From positions 3,410,001-3,474,000 of the forward strand of contig MU053881.1 in NCBI GenBank assembly GCA_013239625.1: DNA of 64,000 bases. The letters run 5' to 3'. The translations under genes and the position numbers were made by a program. This stretch comes from Lama guanicoe. Lineage: Eukaryota. The notes beneath the pieces were generated by a model that saw nothing but the letters and a program-made list of their open reading frames with translations, did not search any database and had not been told where the DNA came from. Position 1 is the first letter of the stretch, and each line of letters opens with the position of its first letter. Below, piece after piece: positions 26,684 to 39,669 of the stretch.

Positions 26684-26803
26684 CAGGGTTGTCTGTATGC
26701 AGGAGCAAGTCTTTGCACAACTGCAGGGGGCGCCATGCACATTCCAGGCTGAGGGAAAATCACAAGTATTGAGGGGCTGGAATTGTGCGAGGCAGCAGCC
26801 CTG
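26684..26803. mobile_element. MER91-like hAT-Tip100 MITE
   Basis: cagggt...gccctg termini; tgcacaactgcagggggcgccat and degenerate mirror arm gggctggaattgtgc. Confidence 0.7.
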
Positions 26804-27039
26804 GGTCTACGATCTGGGTTTTTGACCCACAAGGTTCTATCATGCTGAAGCAACCTAGGTGCTGGTAGCCCTGGTCTTCTGGAACATTCTCAGTGGTGTC
26901 TGGTCAGGGAGACTGGGTAGAGAAACTCCTTCTGCCTGAGCAGTTGGCCTCTGTCTCTTTCTTTTAGTGCACAGGGGACTCATTTAGTGATAGCCTCCCA
27001 TCCCCCTCTGCCCCTCGGAGAGGGATGTGGCTCAAATCC

Positions 27040-27540
27040 ACAGCTAGTCTCATCACTCTGCAGCTTAAAACCTTCCATGGCTCCCTAGTGCCTATAGGAA
27101 TGCATAATGCTTGTGTGAGCACTTTTTAAATTCAAATCCCTGGACATCCTCTGAATGCTTAATTCTCTGCCTGTTTTCATTCTTTGGTCCTGAGAACTGG
27201 AACCAGAATCTGCATTTTTACAAGTGTTGTAAGTCGATTCTAATACGAGTTCGCAAATCGGGAAATGTCGACTCATAGGGAATGACAGCCCTTTTCTGAA
27301 GGGCATTGCGGACCCTGGATAATCTCGAAACCACTCATCTTTCCACTCATCCCCGTTCAGTCGCTAGGAATCCCTTGCCTGACCTCAGACACCAGGCTTG
27401 CTTCCTCACCTCCCTGCCTGTGCACGTGGTGGCTCTGCCTGGAGAGATGCCCTTCCCTTCGCGCGTCACCTAGAACGCGCAGGCGCACCTTCCGAGGCCC
27501 GGTCCTCAGGCAGCCTTCCTCTGTGGCAGGGCAAACACTC
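27040..27540 (+). mobile_element. L2 fragment with a MER5-type insert (~27190-27270)
   Basis: cttaaaaccttccatggctccc; ctctgcctggagagatgccctt; insert gaatctgcatttttacaag..gattct. Confidence 0.6.
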
Positions 27541-28934
27541 CCTCACCGGCTTCCCTCCGATCCCTTCAGTCCTTCTCCTGTGCGAGGAGCCACCTGCCGG
27601 TGCAGACACCCGCCCCCTACCGCACCCCTTCCCCACTGTAGGCGGTGAGGATGCTAAGGCTGGCATGGCAACCAGTGCGTTGTCTCTGCGTCCCCAAGAT
27701 TTGCCTCCTTGAAGTTGCGCAGCGGACTCAGAAGTAAGAGTGGAGAAGAGCTGGTCGGGGAAGGAGCCGAGCTGGCAAACTTCAGCTTCAGTGTGACTGA
27801 GTCCCAGAGAATAAAGAGAGAGAGAGAGGCAAAGAACCAGAAGACAAGTCAAGACCTGAAATTAGATTCCATGGGACCAAAAGGAAACTCCTGGGGCCGG
27901 GGTGCTGACTTCTCCCCAGGCCTGGCCACAGCCACTGGGGCCCCAGCTATGCCCCTGAGGCTCTGAGATGCCTGGGTCCAGGCTTCCATTGGAGGTCTCT
28001 GTGAGAAGCTGCAGTATTGATGGGGAACTGTCTTCTTGCTTCTCCCATCTCTAAGTGGTCGCTCTTTGCTTCTAGGTTCCTTCAAGGGGTCTCCCACCTG
28101 GGGGGGCTGCCCCCTCCAAAGCCCCAAACCTAGATGTACCCTCTCCTCCGCCCTGACATCCCGTGGAGCCCGAGTCCTGCCACCCCACATCGTAAGCTCT
28201 CCTGGCTTCCCTTGTTCCTTCTGCAGCCTAACTTTTGTCTGAGTTCAGGCTTTCTCACCTGGAGCGCTCAGGCACCCAGGTCTGCAAAGAAACATTCCTC
28301 AATAGCAGCTGACAACACACCCGGGGAAGACGACAGACCACCCACTTGCAGAGTTTTTACCAAATCTTTAAAGGTTACTGTCTTCTACCCTGTAATCATC
28401 CCACAGAAGCTGTCAGGAGCATCAAGGAAAATGAAAACCTGCAGTGAGCGCGGTTCACACAAAAGAAGGCTGCCAGTCGACAGCGTGTCGTGGGAGCGCT
28501 GGGTCCCGAGACGAGCTTCTGGAAACCAGCAAACTGCCGGGTGCCACAGCCCTCTCGCGCTCCATGTGTGTTTCTTCCTCTTGACCCCCGAGGGGGGCCC
28601 TGCAGGAGTCGAAAGATCTTGGGCTTTCCTGGGGGACCATTTTGCTTCAAATTTCAGTTCTGTGGCTGTGTGACTCTCCCAAGTCGTCTTAACTTTCTAA
28701 GCCAAGTTTCCTTGTGTGTGTAAGTCGAGGATGTCACTGACCCCATAGACTTTGGTCATATGTGGTGTAACAGGCAAAGAGCCCGCCCGAGGACCTGGGG
28801 GAGAACTAGACACTCAATAGATAATGGTTCCCTTCTCACCTGTGCCCGATGTCCGTCCGTCTGTCCATCATCTCTTTAGTCAGGAGAGAATTCCACAACA
28901 ACGAAATTGAGAACATACCCTCCACAACCAGAAC

Positions 28935-29530
28935 AGCTACCTGGGTTCAAATCCCAGCTCTGCTACTTCTTAGCTGTGTCGCCTTGGGCAAGTTATTCCA
29001 CCTCTCTGTGCCTCTGTGTCTTCATCTGTAAAGTGGTGCTAATAATAGTACCTAACATTTAGGTGTTCTTGTGAGGCTCCAATGAGTTGCGGCATAAAAT
29101 GGGCACAAGGTTAACTCTCAACGAATATTAGCAATTACCGTAAGTCCTTAGCTCGTCAAAATTTAGCGAGTGCTTATAGCCTGCTGGGGATTGTGAAGGA
29201 CTACGGTCAAGCGGAAGAATTTGTGCTTATGCCCTTTGCCTGGTCCTAAACGACTTTTTTCCAACGATATTTGTCCGCGCCCATCCTTCTCTTCCAGCAA
29301 AACATGAGCACATTCGAATGCGGCTAACCTGACTCAGCATTGGTGGAATGCAGTTTAGCCAAGCAGGAAAAGAAGGGCTTTGCAGACAAATAGACCCAAG
29401 TTCACATCCCAAGCTCTGTGACCTCGGACAAGCGGTTTCCATGCTCTAAACCTTGTTTTTCTCATTTGTAAACAGGGACACTGATACCTACCTCTATATT
29501 AGAATAAAGTATGACCCAATAACGTTAGCA
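28935..29530 (+). mobile_element. Two MIR elements
   Basis: ctgggttcaaatcccagctctgctact..ttgggcaagttatt..catctgtaaagtgg; second copy ctgtgacctcggacaagc..ctcatttgtaaa. Confidence 0.85.
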
Positions 29531-30454
29531 TCCTTCTGCCCCTGCTCACCAGAGCCACCTAAGTTCTGGGGCTTTTCAAGAATTGCTGAAAAGCCCACTG
29601 CCTAACCACGGAGGACTGGCCAGCTCCGGTGGGATGCTGCTCGTTGGGAAAGCTGAGCAGAGCTGTCCCTGAGTCACGGCTCTGGAAGCTTCCTGGCACG
29701 GCCCCCCAGCATTCCCCTGTCCTCAGACAGTTGCACTGCCTTCTCAGGTCTGACTCACCAGCCACTTCCGTGGTTTTCTTTTTCCCCACAGGCGTGAGTG
29801 GTTGTTTTGGCTCTAATTTCAGCATCTCATTATCCTGGGGCTCAGTCACTCAGTCACACAGTGTCAGACCCAAAGCCACTCAGTACTTCCCAGCCTCACC
29901 AGCAGGACCTTTATCTTCAATGATTCATGAACCCACCCCACCCCCACCTCCCCTGCCAAAGACCACACATCTCACCTGGCTGGAAGGAGCGGGGCGGTTT
30001 GGGATATGATGAAGATTCTAGTCACATTACTATGGACCCAAAACTGCATGCCTATAGACCTGATTAACTTTTATAACAAGCCAATGATGGAGACAGGGTC
30101 ATTATCCCTGTACAAGTGTGGGACCTGACACACAGAGGGCTGGTACCACTTGCCTGCTAGTGCATGGTAGAACAGAGATTTGAAGCCAGGTCCTTAAAAA
30201 AAAATCATACTCTTAACCATTAGACAGTATTGCCTCTTGCTGTGCTGATTGGGCTCTGAAGTCAAGGTTTTCCGGGTCCCCATTATAAGTAGATCATTGC
30301 CAGCCTGTCATTATGCAGGTCAGGTTGAAAACACAGCACACGTGCACACACACACACACACACACATTTGCAGTAGTGAGATTTCAAACCCCAGGAAACT
30401 TCCTGTGTTATTAGACTGGTATGTCCAACTGCCATTTTAAAATTAAAATATATA

Positions 30455-30820
30455 CTTTTTATTTATTTTTATTTTTAATTTAATTTTTAACATTTGCTTA
30501 TTTTGTACAATTTTAAAAGGTTACTCTCCATTTACAGTTATTACAAAATATTGGCTATATTCCCCGTACTGCACAGTACATCTTTGAGCCTGTCTTATAC
30601 CCAATAGTTTATACCACCCACTCCCCAAGCTCTGTTTTGCCCCTTCCTCCCTCTCCCCATCTCCCCACTGGTAACCATTAGTTTGTTCTCTATATCTGAG
30701 ATTCTGCTTCTTCTTCTTTTTTTAAATTTTATTATACTCACTGGTTTGTTGATTCTTCTAGATTCCATGTATAAGTGATAGCACACAGTATTTGTCTTTT
30801 TCTGTCTGATTTATTTCACA
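30455..30820 (-). mobile_element. Antisense L1 3' end
   Basis: aaaatattggctatattccc..ccactggtaaccattagtttgttctctatatctg..tagattccatgtataagtgata; same family as 12344-13178. Confidence 0.9.
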
Positions 30821-32019
30821 CTTTCCAATTGCTTTTGACTTGAAACAGTCACACTCATAGAAGCCACAGGAATGTGAAAAGAAAGAGAATGCATAGATAA
30901 ACAATCATAAAAGCAAGAAAACAGAACAAAACATCTGGGACCCTCTGCCTTGGGAGTCAGATGGGGAAATGTCCCCCTGTCTTCTGGTCTCCTGAAGCCA
31001 CATAAGGAGAAGGGCTGAGAGCCTGACTCCTGGAAGTAGAAGGAAGAAGAGAGGGAAAGTGGAAAGGGGGCAAGGGAAATGAGGGTGACAACAGGTCACC
31101 AGGGGAGTGGTTGTCCTTTGGGGTCTTGATCTCGTATACAGCCTCAGTTTTATCATCTGTAAAGTGGGCACAGGTCTGCATCACTAGAAAACCCGTGCTC
31201 TTCACACAATGACTTCCAGGTTGCCTTCTGAGAAAATATAAGTGCTGGGCATTTGGAAACAGGTTTATTAATCACTGTTTTGCAGATGAAGAAATGAGAT
31301 CCCCAAGCCAGATCCAAGTCAGGTGTGTTGCTTTCAGTGCAGACTGATTTTTTCCCTCTGAAAGCTAGCCAGGCACAGTTTTGCTTTAACCCTGAGGAGT
31401 GGCCTTTCTACTCCTAAATCATCCATACAAACCTGCACTTCCCACCATCTTCTGCAGTGTCGCTGTGAGGTACGTGTGCAAAGCCCCTCCCTTATCTCCC
31501 TGGACAATCTCCCCCTCCCCCACTCATCACTGGGTTATGGAATTGGCTCTGCGTTTGGGGAGACTGCACCGTGCTGAGTTTTCCTTCCAGGTAGCGTGGG
31601 TGAGCGCTGATGCTAGCCATGGGGACCCAGTCACCTCGGGGTCATAGGAGTAAACACTGCTTCTGGATGGAAATGTTTCCTATGTTTGTTGTCATTGCAG
31701 CTGGAGGATTCAGAGTCATACAGCTCAGTGTTTTTGCATCCTGAGGGAACTTAGCAATCACATGCTTAGCTCACATGCTCCATTTTTCAGGTGAGGAAAT
31801 GGAGACCAGCAGGGTGAAGTGGTCTGCACTTGGATCCCCAGTTAGTGAGCAACAGAGCCAAGATTCAAACCTTGACCTATTCCCTACCATCGACCTCTTT
31901 TTGTAGAGCTTGGAGCTAACCTGTTAATGTTAAAAAACCTAAAATCCAAACAAAAAAGAAAGGATGGAAGGAAAGAAGGATGGAAGGAAGGAAAGGGAAA
32001 AGTGTTCCCAGGCCCTCAC

Positions 32020-32482
32020 TAGCCTCAGGAGAGGACTTCAACCCCTTCCCAGGTGGAACAAATCTCTTCTCCAGCTGGTCCTGCTGCATCAGCCCTGGTC
32101 CTTGCCACATCTCCTACGCACTTTGTTTCCCCCACCTGAATACAGTTTTCTGTATTCACGATGCTGGGTCCAGCCTTCACATCTTTGCTTGTGCCATTTC
32201 CTCTCCCTGGAAATCCCTTCCCTACCTCACAGGTCAGCTCCTCTGGCAAGCCTTTCTGACCCCACCCCACTCCTGAGCTCTGTCGGGGCATTCACTCCCT
32301 CCTCAGAGCCGCTCTGAGCACACACTTGATGACCACCCTTAGGAACTTGTAAATTAGTTGCATGGAAGTCTGTCCTCCAGGCTGTGAGCTCTGCCGAGTC
32401 AAGGAGCTGGTTTCACCTTTTCTGTCATCTCAGTGCCTGGCACAGGGCTGGTCACGGGTAAATAATAGTTAGATACATGAAT
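32020..32482 (+). mobile_element. L2 3' end
   Basis: ctttgcttgtgccatttcctctccctggaa..ggctgtgagctc..cagtgcctggcacag..aataatagtt..atgaat. Confidence 0.75.
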
Positions 32483-33374
32483 AGTTACTTAGTAATGGAC
32501 ACTGTCCAACACGGGCCCCTTGCTCTAATGATACAATACTGAAAATTTAGATTAAATTAGTGATACAAAGCATTAAGTCTGGGAGTATCAACTCCAGTCT
32601 TCTGCCTCTTTTTGTCCCCAGTTAATTCTATTTGTTCAATTAAAAAAGATAAGTGATTTGTATTAACTCAGTCAAAGGAACTCTTTCTTGAGCGGCAGAC
32701 TTACCCAGCTTGAGCAAATAAAGCAACATTTTTCCTGGTGATGAGTAATCATCTGTTTACATACGAACTGTCCACTGTCTAAGGAGGCATCAGATTACTC
32801 ATCTACTTAATTAAAGTATCTTTTTGTTCTAACAGGAGCCCAGCTAGGTGATAATTATTGCTGGCATTCCCTAGCATCTCCAAGACTGAAGAACTGCTGA
32901 CACATGGCAGAAATCCTCACTAAACACTATTTCTAAAAGCAGGATTGCTAAAAATCAAACTGAAGGTGCTAATTGACTAGTACTTGAGCCTGAAAAGTGA
33001 ATTTTCAAGCTCAGGCTGCACCTGTGACTGCACAGGCTAGGGGAAAAAAATCATAATGAGAACAGTAAATGCTTATAAAGCTCTTGACTACCATCCTCCT
33101 CTTTTCATGGTTGACAGAACTGAGACACACAGAGAGAGGAGTAGTTTGCTCATGATCTCACTCAGGTAAATGGACGCTAGAGCCTGGGTTCTTGCTACAC
33201 TCCCTGCCGAAGAAAGGAACTAACACTTACTGAATGTCTCACAAGTGCCAATTACTTTCCTATGCATCATATAATTGTCTCACAACAATCCTCTATTGTA
33301 GTGGTTAGGAAAATGATCTCTTAAGTCAAACCATTTTGGTTTGAAATAAGGTATAAATAAGAAAAGTCTCCCAG

Positions 33375-33660
33375 GTGAAAGCCTTTGCCCCATCTTCTTT
33401 CCTACTTCGGTCGCTGGTGTAAGGACATGATGCCTGGAGTAGCAGCAGCCATCTTATGACCATGAGGCAATAAGTCAACAGGCTGAGGATGGTGAAATTG
33501 AATGAATAAAATGAGTTTCAGTCATTAAGTCTTTGCACCAAACCTGGAGCTGTCTGCTTTCAGGCTTTTTGTTAGGTCAGATAATTAAGTGACTTTTTTT
33601 TCAAAGCATCAGTTGGTCAGTAATTTTGCTGGCTACAAATGAAAGCATTCTTATTTGCTA
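33375..33660 (+). mobile_element. MaLR/ERVL LTR fragment (MLT1J/LTR33-like)
   Basis: gatgcctggagtagcagcagccatcttatgaccatgagg..gctgaggatgg..aaagcattctta. Confidence 0.65.
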
Positions 33661-34439
33661 TAAGAGCTTTGAAAGGCTCCTGAGGCCATTTTGATAGCTC
33701 AGAGTGTTTCTTTTTTCTCTCCAAAGTGCTCTACACTATCCTGTGTGAGCAGAGACAGAGGGATTTGTCACCATCTTGCATAGAGTAGGGACAGCTTGTG
33801 TCTCAGTCTAGGGCTGTCACACCATCCCTTGGTCATGCAGGAGCATCTTTATCCCGCAGTTGTGGATGAAGCCAGTGTGATCAGGAGGTGTCAGATCACA
33901 CCGGTGATGGCTCCTCAGGTCCCACCCACTAGACCTGAGTGACATGCAAGTTAAGTTCAACTGCTTCCAAGCAACACCTTGAATTGCACACAAAAAAGAA
34001 GTCCCTGGGGAAGATCTTTATTTTCATGGTGTCACGTAAGTGTGTACCCACATAAAAATAATGCCTTCATACACACAACACACAAGTGATTCTGGGAAGA
34101 ACTGAGCTTAGGAATATTTCGGGAAAGTCCTCCTAGTTGGAGAAATGTATTCTATTTATATTTTATCTTTAAACCTCCCTCCTCAGAGATTCAATTATTG
34201 AAGAGCCTAATGTTTTACTGGCACCCGTAGTAAAATAAAATCTCTGATCGAATGCAGCAGCAACAAGAAAACTATGGTATAAAAGTGGGAGGAGAACAAA
34301 CTCTAAAATCTAAACTTGGTCTCCGATGCGGCCAGATTTTACAAACGCCTTCTGTCCTGGAGAAAATTGAACGACAAAGTTCTTTCAACCAATTAGATCT
34401 CCATGGCACTGGTTTCAAAATTGGGAGCAGTGGTGGATC

Positions 34440-34598
34440 TATTTATTTATTTAATTTATTTATTTTTATTGAAGTATAGTTGATTTGCGCTGTTGTGCTA
34501 GTTTCTGGTATACAGCACGGTGATTCAGTTATGCAAATATATATATTCTTTTTCATTATGGGTTATTACAAGATATTTGAATTTAGTTCCGTGTGCTA
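34440..34598 (-). mobile_element. Short antisense L1 3' tail
   Basis: (TTTA)n then ttgaagtatagttgattt..tagtttctggtatacagcacggtgattcag. Confidence 0.85.
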
Positions 34599-36529
34599 AC
34601 ACAGAGAGTCACGTAGCTCTGTCTCCTTCTGCCATTTTCGATGACCTAGGCTCAGAGGGGTTGTGACTTATCTAAGGCCACCCAGCTAGAAGAGACAAGA
34701 CCTGGAGCTATAATCAGGTCTGATGCCAACATCCATGCTCTATTTGTTACAGAAAGAAAGAGCCCTCAGATGCAATGGGAGATGCCAAAAATCCATGCTT
34801 TTAACCGCTCAGCTTCACCGTTTACACAATGAAATGCAAAGCAGCCACTGCTTTGCAGAACCACTTCCTCCATCTAGATGTTTGATGGGAGCACATTAGA
34901 GACCCATCAGTCGTCAGCCATTCCCTGGGCTCTCTGCCCAGTCAGCAAGGACAGGCCAGGGCAGGTCCTTGGGGAATTAGTGGAGGTATGCGTGTAGCTT
35001 TGGGGGAGCCAAGGTGATTCACTGCACTTCAGTAGAAATACGGGAGTCCTGGCAGTGTTCAGCTGGTGCAGGCTGCTTAAGGGAGCCTGCTTTAGGTTAC
35101 GTGCAAGGGACTCTCATGTACCTACACAGACACGTTAATTCATGAATCTTCACGTCTCCTCGAAGAGGTAGAGATAGTCATCTTCATTTGTGGAAGACAA
35201 AGACATAAAGGCTCAGAGAGGTTGTGCACCTACCTGAGGACACACAGTAAAAAGGAAAAAGAATTTCAGACTGTTGGGCTCCTGAACTATTTCCACATTC
35301 CCCACAAGCAGACTTTGAGTCTTCCCCAGCCTGTGATTAGAGCAGACAGGGCATCTGGTTAATTAATTATTCTTTTTTTTAAACTTTGGTTCTTGATATC
35401 TTTATAGACTTGGTGGACTGGAATATTCAAAGCTGTTTCCCTGGCCTTCACTTTTGTTTAAAAGGCTGCCGTCCCCCACCACCCAATGCCATCCAAGCTC
35501 AGCAGTGACCTGCTCTGTGACACTTTCAGCAAGAGGTGACACTCGTGGACACGACACATCACAGCCACCCCTCTCAGGTCAGCTGTCAGCTGGCAAACAG
35601 CCCCACCTCAACCCAGCCCTGCCTTCCCACTCCCGCTGCATCTGAAGTCTGTTTCTTTTGGGATCGACTGCCCCTCCATCAAATATATGAAAATTTTGTT
35701 TGCTAAACCAAGTGTTCAATCTCTTTGCGCTCTTCGTGGTGACTGACACTGTTTCAAAGCAGATTGAGAAATAGTCTTGGTCCTGACATTTAAGCAGCAC
35801 GTGGGTGTTGTTTATTGCTGAGCAATTAGAACATAGATTAACATAACATCACTCCTCAACTTGAAAATCTCCCAGAGCTCAGCGAAGCCGGCTCCCAAGA
35901 GCTGCCCCCACCCGTTTCCTATTGTCTTTTCTGCTTCTTCCCTCCTCCACACCCATCCACCCACCTGCCTTGAAATATGCTATTTCAAATTTAGAGTTCA
36001 AGAAAGTTTGTGTAATCTAAGTCATAAAAAGAGATATCTTTTTCTTCCATGGCAGAAGCAGCCCACGGTACCTGTGTTCTTCATCAAAAAGGCGTGTTTT
36101 TTTTTTTGTCCTTGAAAACTTTTTTTCCCCCAATCTCTGCCCATTTGGAACTCTTGGAAAAGCTGAGGTCAGGAAACAGGGATGCGCTGTTGGCACACCT
36201 TTTCTTGATTTTGGATTCACCACCATCCTTTGCTAAGGGCATTTACATCTTAGAAATTACACTTGGCTTTTCAAGGGAAGAGAGTCTCCCTGGGCTGATT
36301 TCTGCAGAAGGGTGTGAGGTCAGAGGAGCTCTTTGACCACTGTGCTTGTGCTATAGGGCAGAGATCCTGCCAGAAGTTGTCACGGGCATTTGTCACAAGT
36401 CTTCTGTCTATATGAAGGGATCAGTCCAGTGGTACAAAGTTCCTGAGTGAGGACAGTCCTCTGGTTAGCACGCTGGGTCCTCAAATGCACTGCCAATGAC
36501 TTTCTCTTCTTGCCCCCACATCCCCTTGG

Positions 36530-37975
36530 ACGGCACACACGGCCCCCTCCCTGAGTCCATCCCCGGCTGTGACACTCTCTCCACCCCTTTCCTCCTTTGT
36601 TTCTCCCCTGATCATTGTCTCCCAGCACACTGGATGATTTGTTTAGTTCATGGTCGGGATGCTCAGCAAGACTGTAAGCATCTCGATGATGGGGACCTGT
36701 ATCTGTTTTGGTCACCGATGCATCTCCTGTTCCTGGAAGAAGGGCTTGATGAAGCAACGTAATGTAAGGTCTCTCCCCTAACCTAGAGCGTAAGAAAGAG
36801 CAGGGCTGTAGCGCCAGATGGGTTAGAGTTTTCACTCTACCTCTTAGTGCCTGTGTTGCCTTAAGTACGACCCATATCACTCTGACCTCAGTCTCTTCCT
36901 CTGTTAAAGAGGGATGTTACTAATATCACGGTCAAGGGTGGCTGTGCACGTGAGGGTCATTAATATGAATATGCTTTCCTGGAACATGGTAAGCTCTCTT
37001 TTGCTGTTAGCTCTTACTTTTATAATTTCTTTCTCTCTATTAAATCTTCATAAACATGTTTTATTGAGGTTTCAAACAAAAACAGAAGTAGAGAAAATAA
37101 GAGTGAACTTCAGTGTATCCACCAATCAGCTTCAACAACGGCCAATTTAAAGCCAATTGTGTTTCATCTATTACTCCCCCCGCCGAATTCCTGCAGCCCC
37201 TATACCCAGATTATTTTGAAGAAAATCCCAGACGTCATATCATGTTCTTAATAAATATTCCGGTATGTATCTATAGAAGACAAAGATTCACTTTTAAAAA
37301 TGCAGAGGTGCAGTAATATCAAACCTAAACAGTTAAAACTCATCTATAAATAGGACCAGCTACCCAGCCAGTGTTTGAATTTCCCCAGTTCCTCACCATC
37401 TCTTACCTGGATTGTTGGGGCAGCATCCAACATGCTCTCCCTGCCTCCAGGTTCTTTATCCAGTGCACCTACCACACTGCTCCAGAGAGCTCTCTGCAAA
37501 TCACAGAGCTGAAGTCACGCTCCTGCTCCAAATCCTTCGATGGCTCCCTATTGCCTGCAGGAGAGGGTCTGACAGCCTGCACGTTCTTTCTCAATCTGCC
37601 CAACCCCTCTTCCCTGAGTCACCTCTGCCTCTTCCCTTTCAAACCCCAGCCCCATCAGTCTGATTTTAGGTCACTGTCCTTCCTCTGAGCCTTTGCCTCT
37701 GCTGTTCCTTCTGCTTGGAACGCCCTTCGCTTTCTTCTCTCCTGGGACTCTTGTCTTCCACTGTTCTCCCAGGCAGAGTCAATCACTCCATCCTTGGGGT
37801 CCATGGGCTCAGTAAATGGCATCTCTCATGTCGTTCACTCCTCTTGATGGCCCCGTGTGCTGAATTCCTCCAAGATAGGGGTTGGTCTTATACATCAGGT
37901 CCCTTAGTGCCTGAGCAGGGCTGGAAAACAGGGTGGGTGCCCAAGAGCATTGAACGAATGGATGGATGGATTAAC
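36530..37975. mobile_element. Mosaic of L2 (+), MIR (+), old L1 (-) and L2 (+) fragments
   Basis: agactgtaagcatctcgatg; ctctgacctcagtctcttcctctgttaaa; gattattttgaagaaaatcccagacgtcat; gcctttgcctctgctgttccttctgcttggaacgccctt..tgaacgaatggatgga. Confidence 0.7.
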
Positions 37976-38287
37976 AAATGGTACAAGAACACACAACTTA
38001 GAAGATTATTTCAGAGCCTGCAGCCTCGTCTCTCTCCCTCTGGGCCCACACGGCTCATTTTTAGTTCAACTTTTTATCAGACCATTGTCCAACTTGTGCA
38101 GTTGGTTCATCTTTCTGCTCCCTGGCAGGTCAGAACTTTTTAATCCTGAAAAATTCAGTGCAGGGTCTCAGGGGCCAATCGTGAGGCAGGCCGGCCCGGG
38201 CTCATGGTGGTGATGAATTGCCTGAGACATGGCTTCTCTCTGAAATGATCCCAGAGCAGAAGGGTGGCCTGAGGAATGCCAGTGGTG

Positions 38288-38416
38288 GGGGCCAGGAATG
38301 CCCAGCTATGTGTTGGAAGAGAAAAGTTTCCTGTGCTAGACGTGCCATCTTTGGGCGGGGCCGGCCCACTGTGGACCAAGAGGAGTCAAGCAAGGCAGAG
38401 AGGCATGGCAGTGGGA
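38288..38416 (+). repeat. Dispersed direct repeat, copy 1 (129 bp)
   Basis: Aligns to 42430-42554 with 9 substitutions and one 4-bp indel. Confidence 0.95.
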
Positions 38417-38711
38417 ATGTCTCTGCCATCTGTCAGTTCTCTTGATTTGGAAAGAATTGGGGATTGTTATCCTGGGTCCAATGCGGCTCCTGTGGCCTCG
38501 TGATGTCAAGGGCCACTTGCTGTGTGTCTGACACTATGCTGGGAGCTTTATAGGTGCCATGTCATCGACTCTCCTCAAAGACCCTGACAGAGAGGTTATT
38601 ACCTTCTGCCCCCCATCTTACAGATGGGCCAACTGAGACTCAAAGATCATGAAGTCAAAGATTACTCACTCTTTGAGAGAATGAATGAAGTGAATGAAGA
38701 TGTGAATGACA

Positions 38712-39256
38712 CTTACAAGTTTGATTAGTTCCCATTTTTAAATTTTGGCTTTATTTCTATTGTCTCAGGAGGACCTAAGAAAACATAGTTTATGTCAGAG
38801 AATGTTTTGCCTGTGTTCTCTTCTAGGAGATTTATGGTGTCCTGTCTTATATGTAAGTCTTTAAGCCACTTTTAGTTTATTTTTGTGTATAGTGTCAGGG
38901 GTGTTCTAACTTTATTGATTTACATACAACTATCCAGCTTTTCCAACATCACTTGCCAGAGAGGCTGCCTTTTCTCCTTTGTATATTCTTGCCTCCTTTG
39001 TTAAAGATTAATTGACCGTAGGCATGTAGAAGATACAAATTACTCTACAGAAAATACATAAACAGCAAGGTCCTACGGTATAGCCCAGGGAACTATATTC
39101 AATATCTTGTCATAAACTATAATGGAAAGAATATGAAACGTGTATACATATGTGTATGTGTGACTGAATCATTATGCTGTGGACCAGAAAAACTAACACA
39201 ACATTGTAAATCGACTATACTTCAATTAAAGCAAAAAAAAAAAAAAAAAAGAAAAA
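38712..39256 (+). mobile_element. L1 with 5' inversion (antisense ORF2 piece 38712-~39027, then sense 3' UTR and poly(A))
   Basis: Orientation switch at ~39027; poly(A) ~39233-39256; degenerate TSD aagatgtgaatgaca / aagaagtgaatgaaca. Confidence 0.8.
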
Positions 39257-39315
39257 GAAGTGAATGAACAACCGGAGTTCAACTCCAGGTCGACCCAGAA
39301 CCCTTTCCAGCAGAA

Positions 39316-39669
39316 CAGAGCTTTCCAGAATGCAGGTTCAACCTCTTCAAGAGGGGTAAAGTCAGTTTAGAGGGTTTTGAACCAAAATGATTAAAAATAA
39401 AAAAAATAGAACAGATTAGACTAAAGTAGAATGGAAAAATAGGATGCATCCTGGGTAGTATGGATCAGTACTGTTTCATGAAACTTCTTTTATATATATA
39501 TAAAAAATTTCTCTTATATATATGTATATAATATTTTATATTATTATTTTATATTATTTATATTATTTTATATTATATATATATATATGTGACTGTGTGT
39601 GCTATATTGGAATATAAAGTGCATTTCTTTCTATGTGGATAATAATTTTTTTTTTTTGGAAAAACACTG
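39316..39669. mobile_element. hAT-Charlie MITE (MER103-like) with internal AT-rich (TA)n expansion at ~39490-39590
   Basis: cagagctttcc...gaaaaacactg termini; tactgtttcatgaaactt; aaagtgcatttctttctatgtgg. Confidence 0.6.

Noticed and set aside
1280-28972. 27-bp identity (tcaaatcccagctctgctacttcttag) between ~1280 and ~28947
   Set aside because: Both are MIR copies close to consensus, not a specific duplication.
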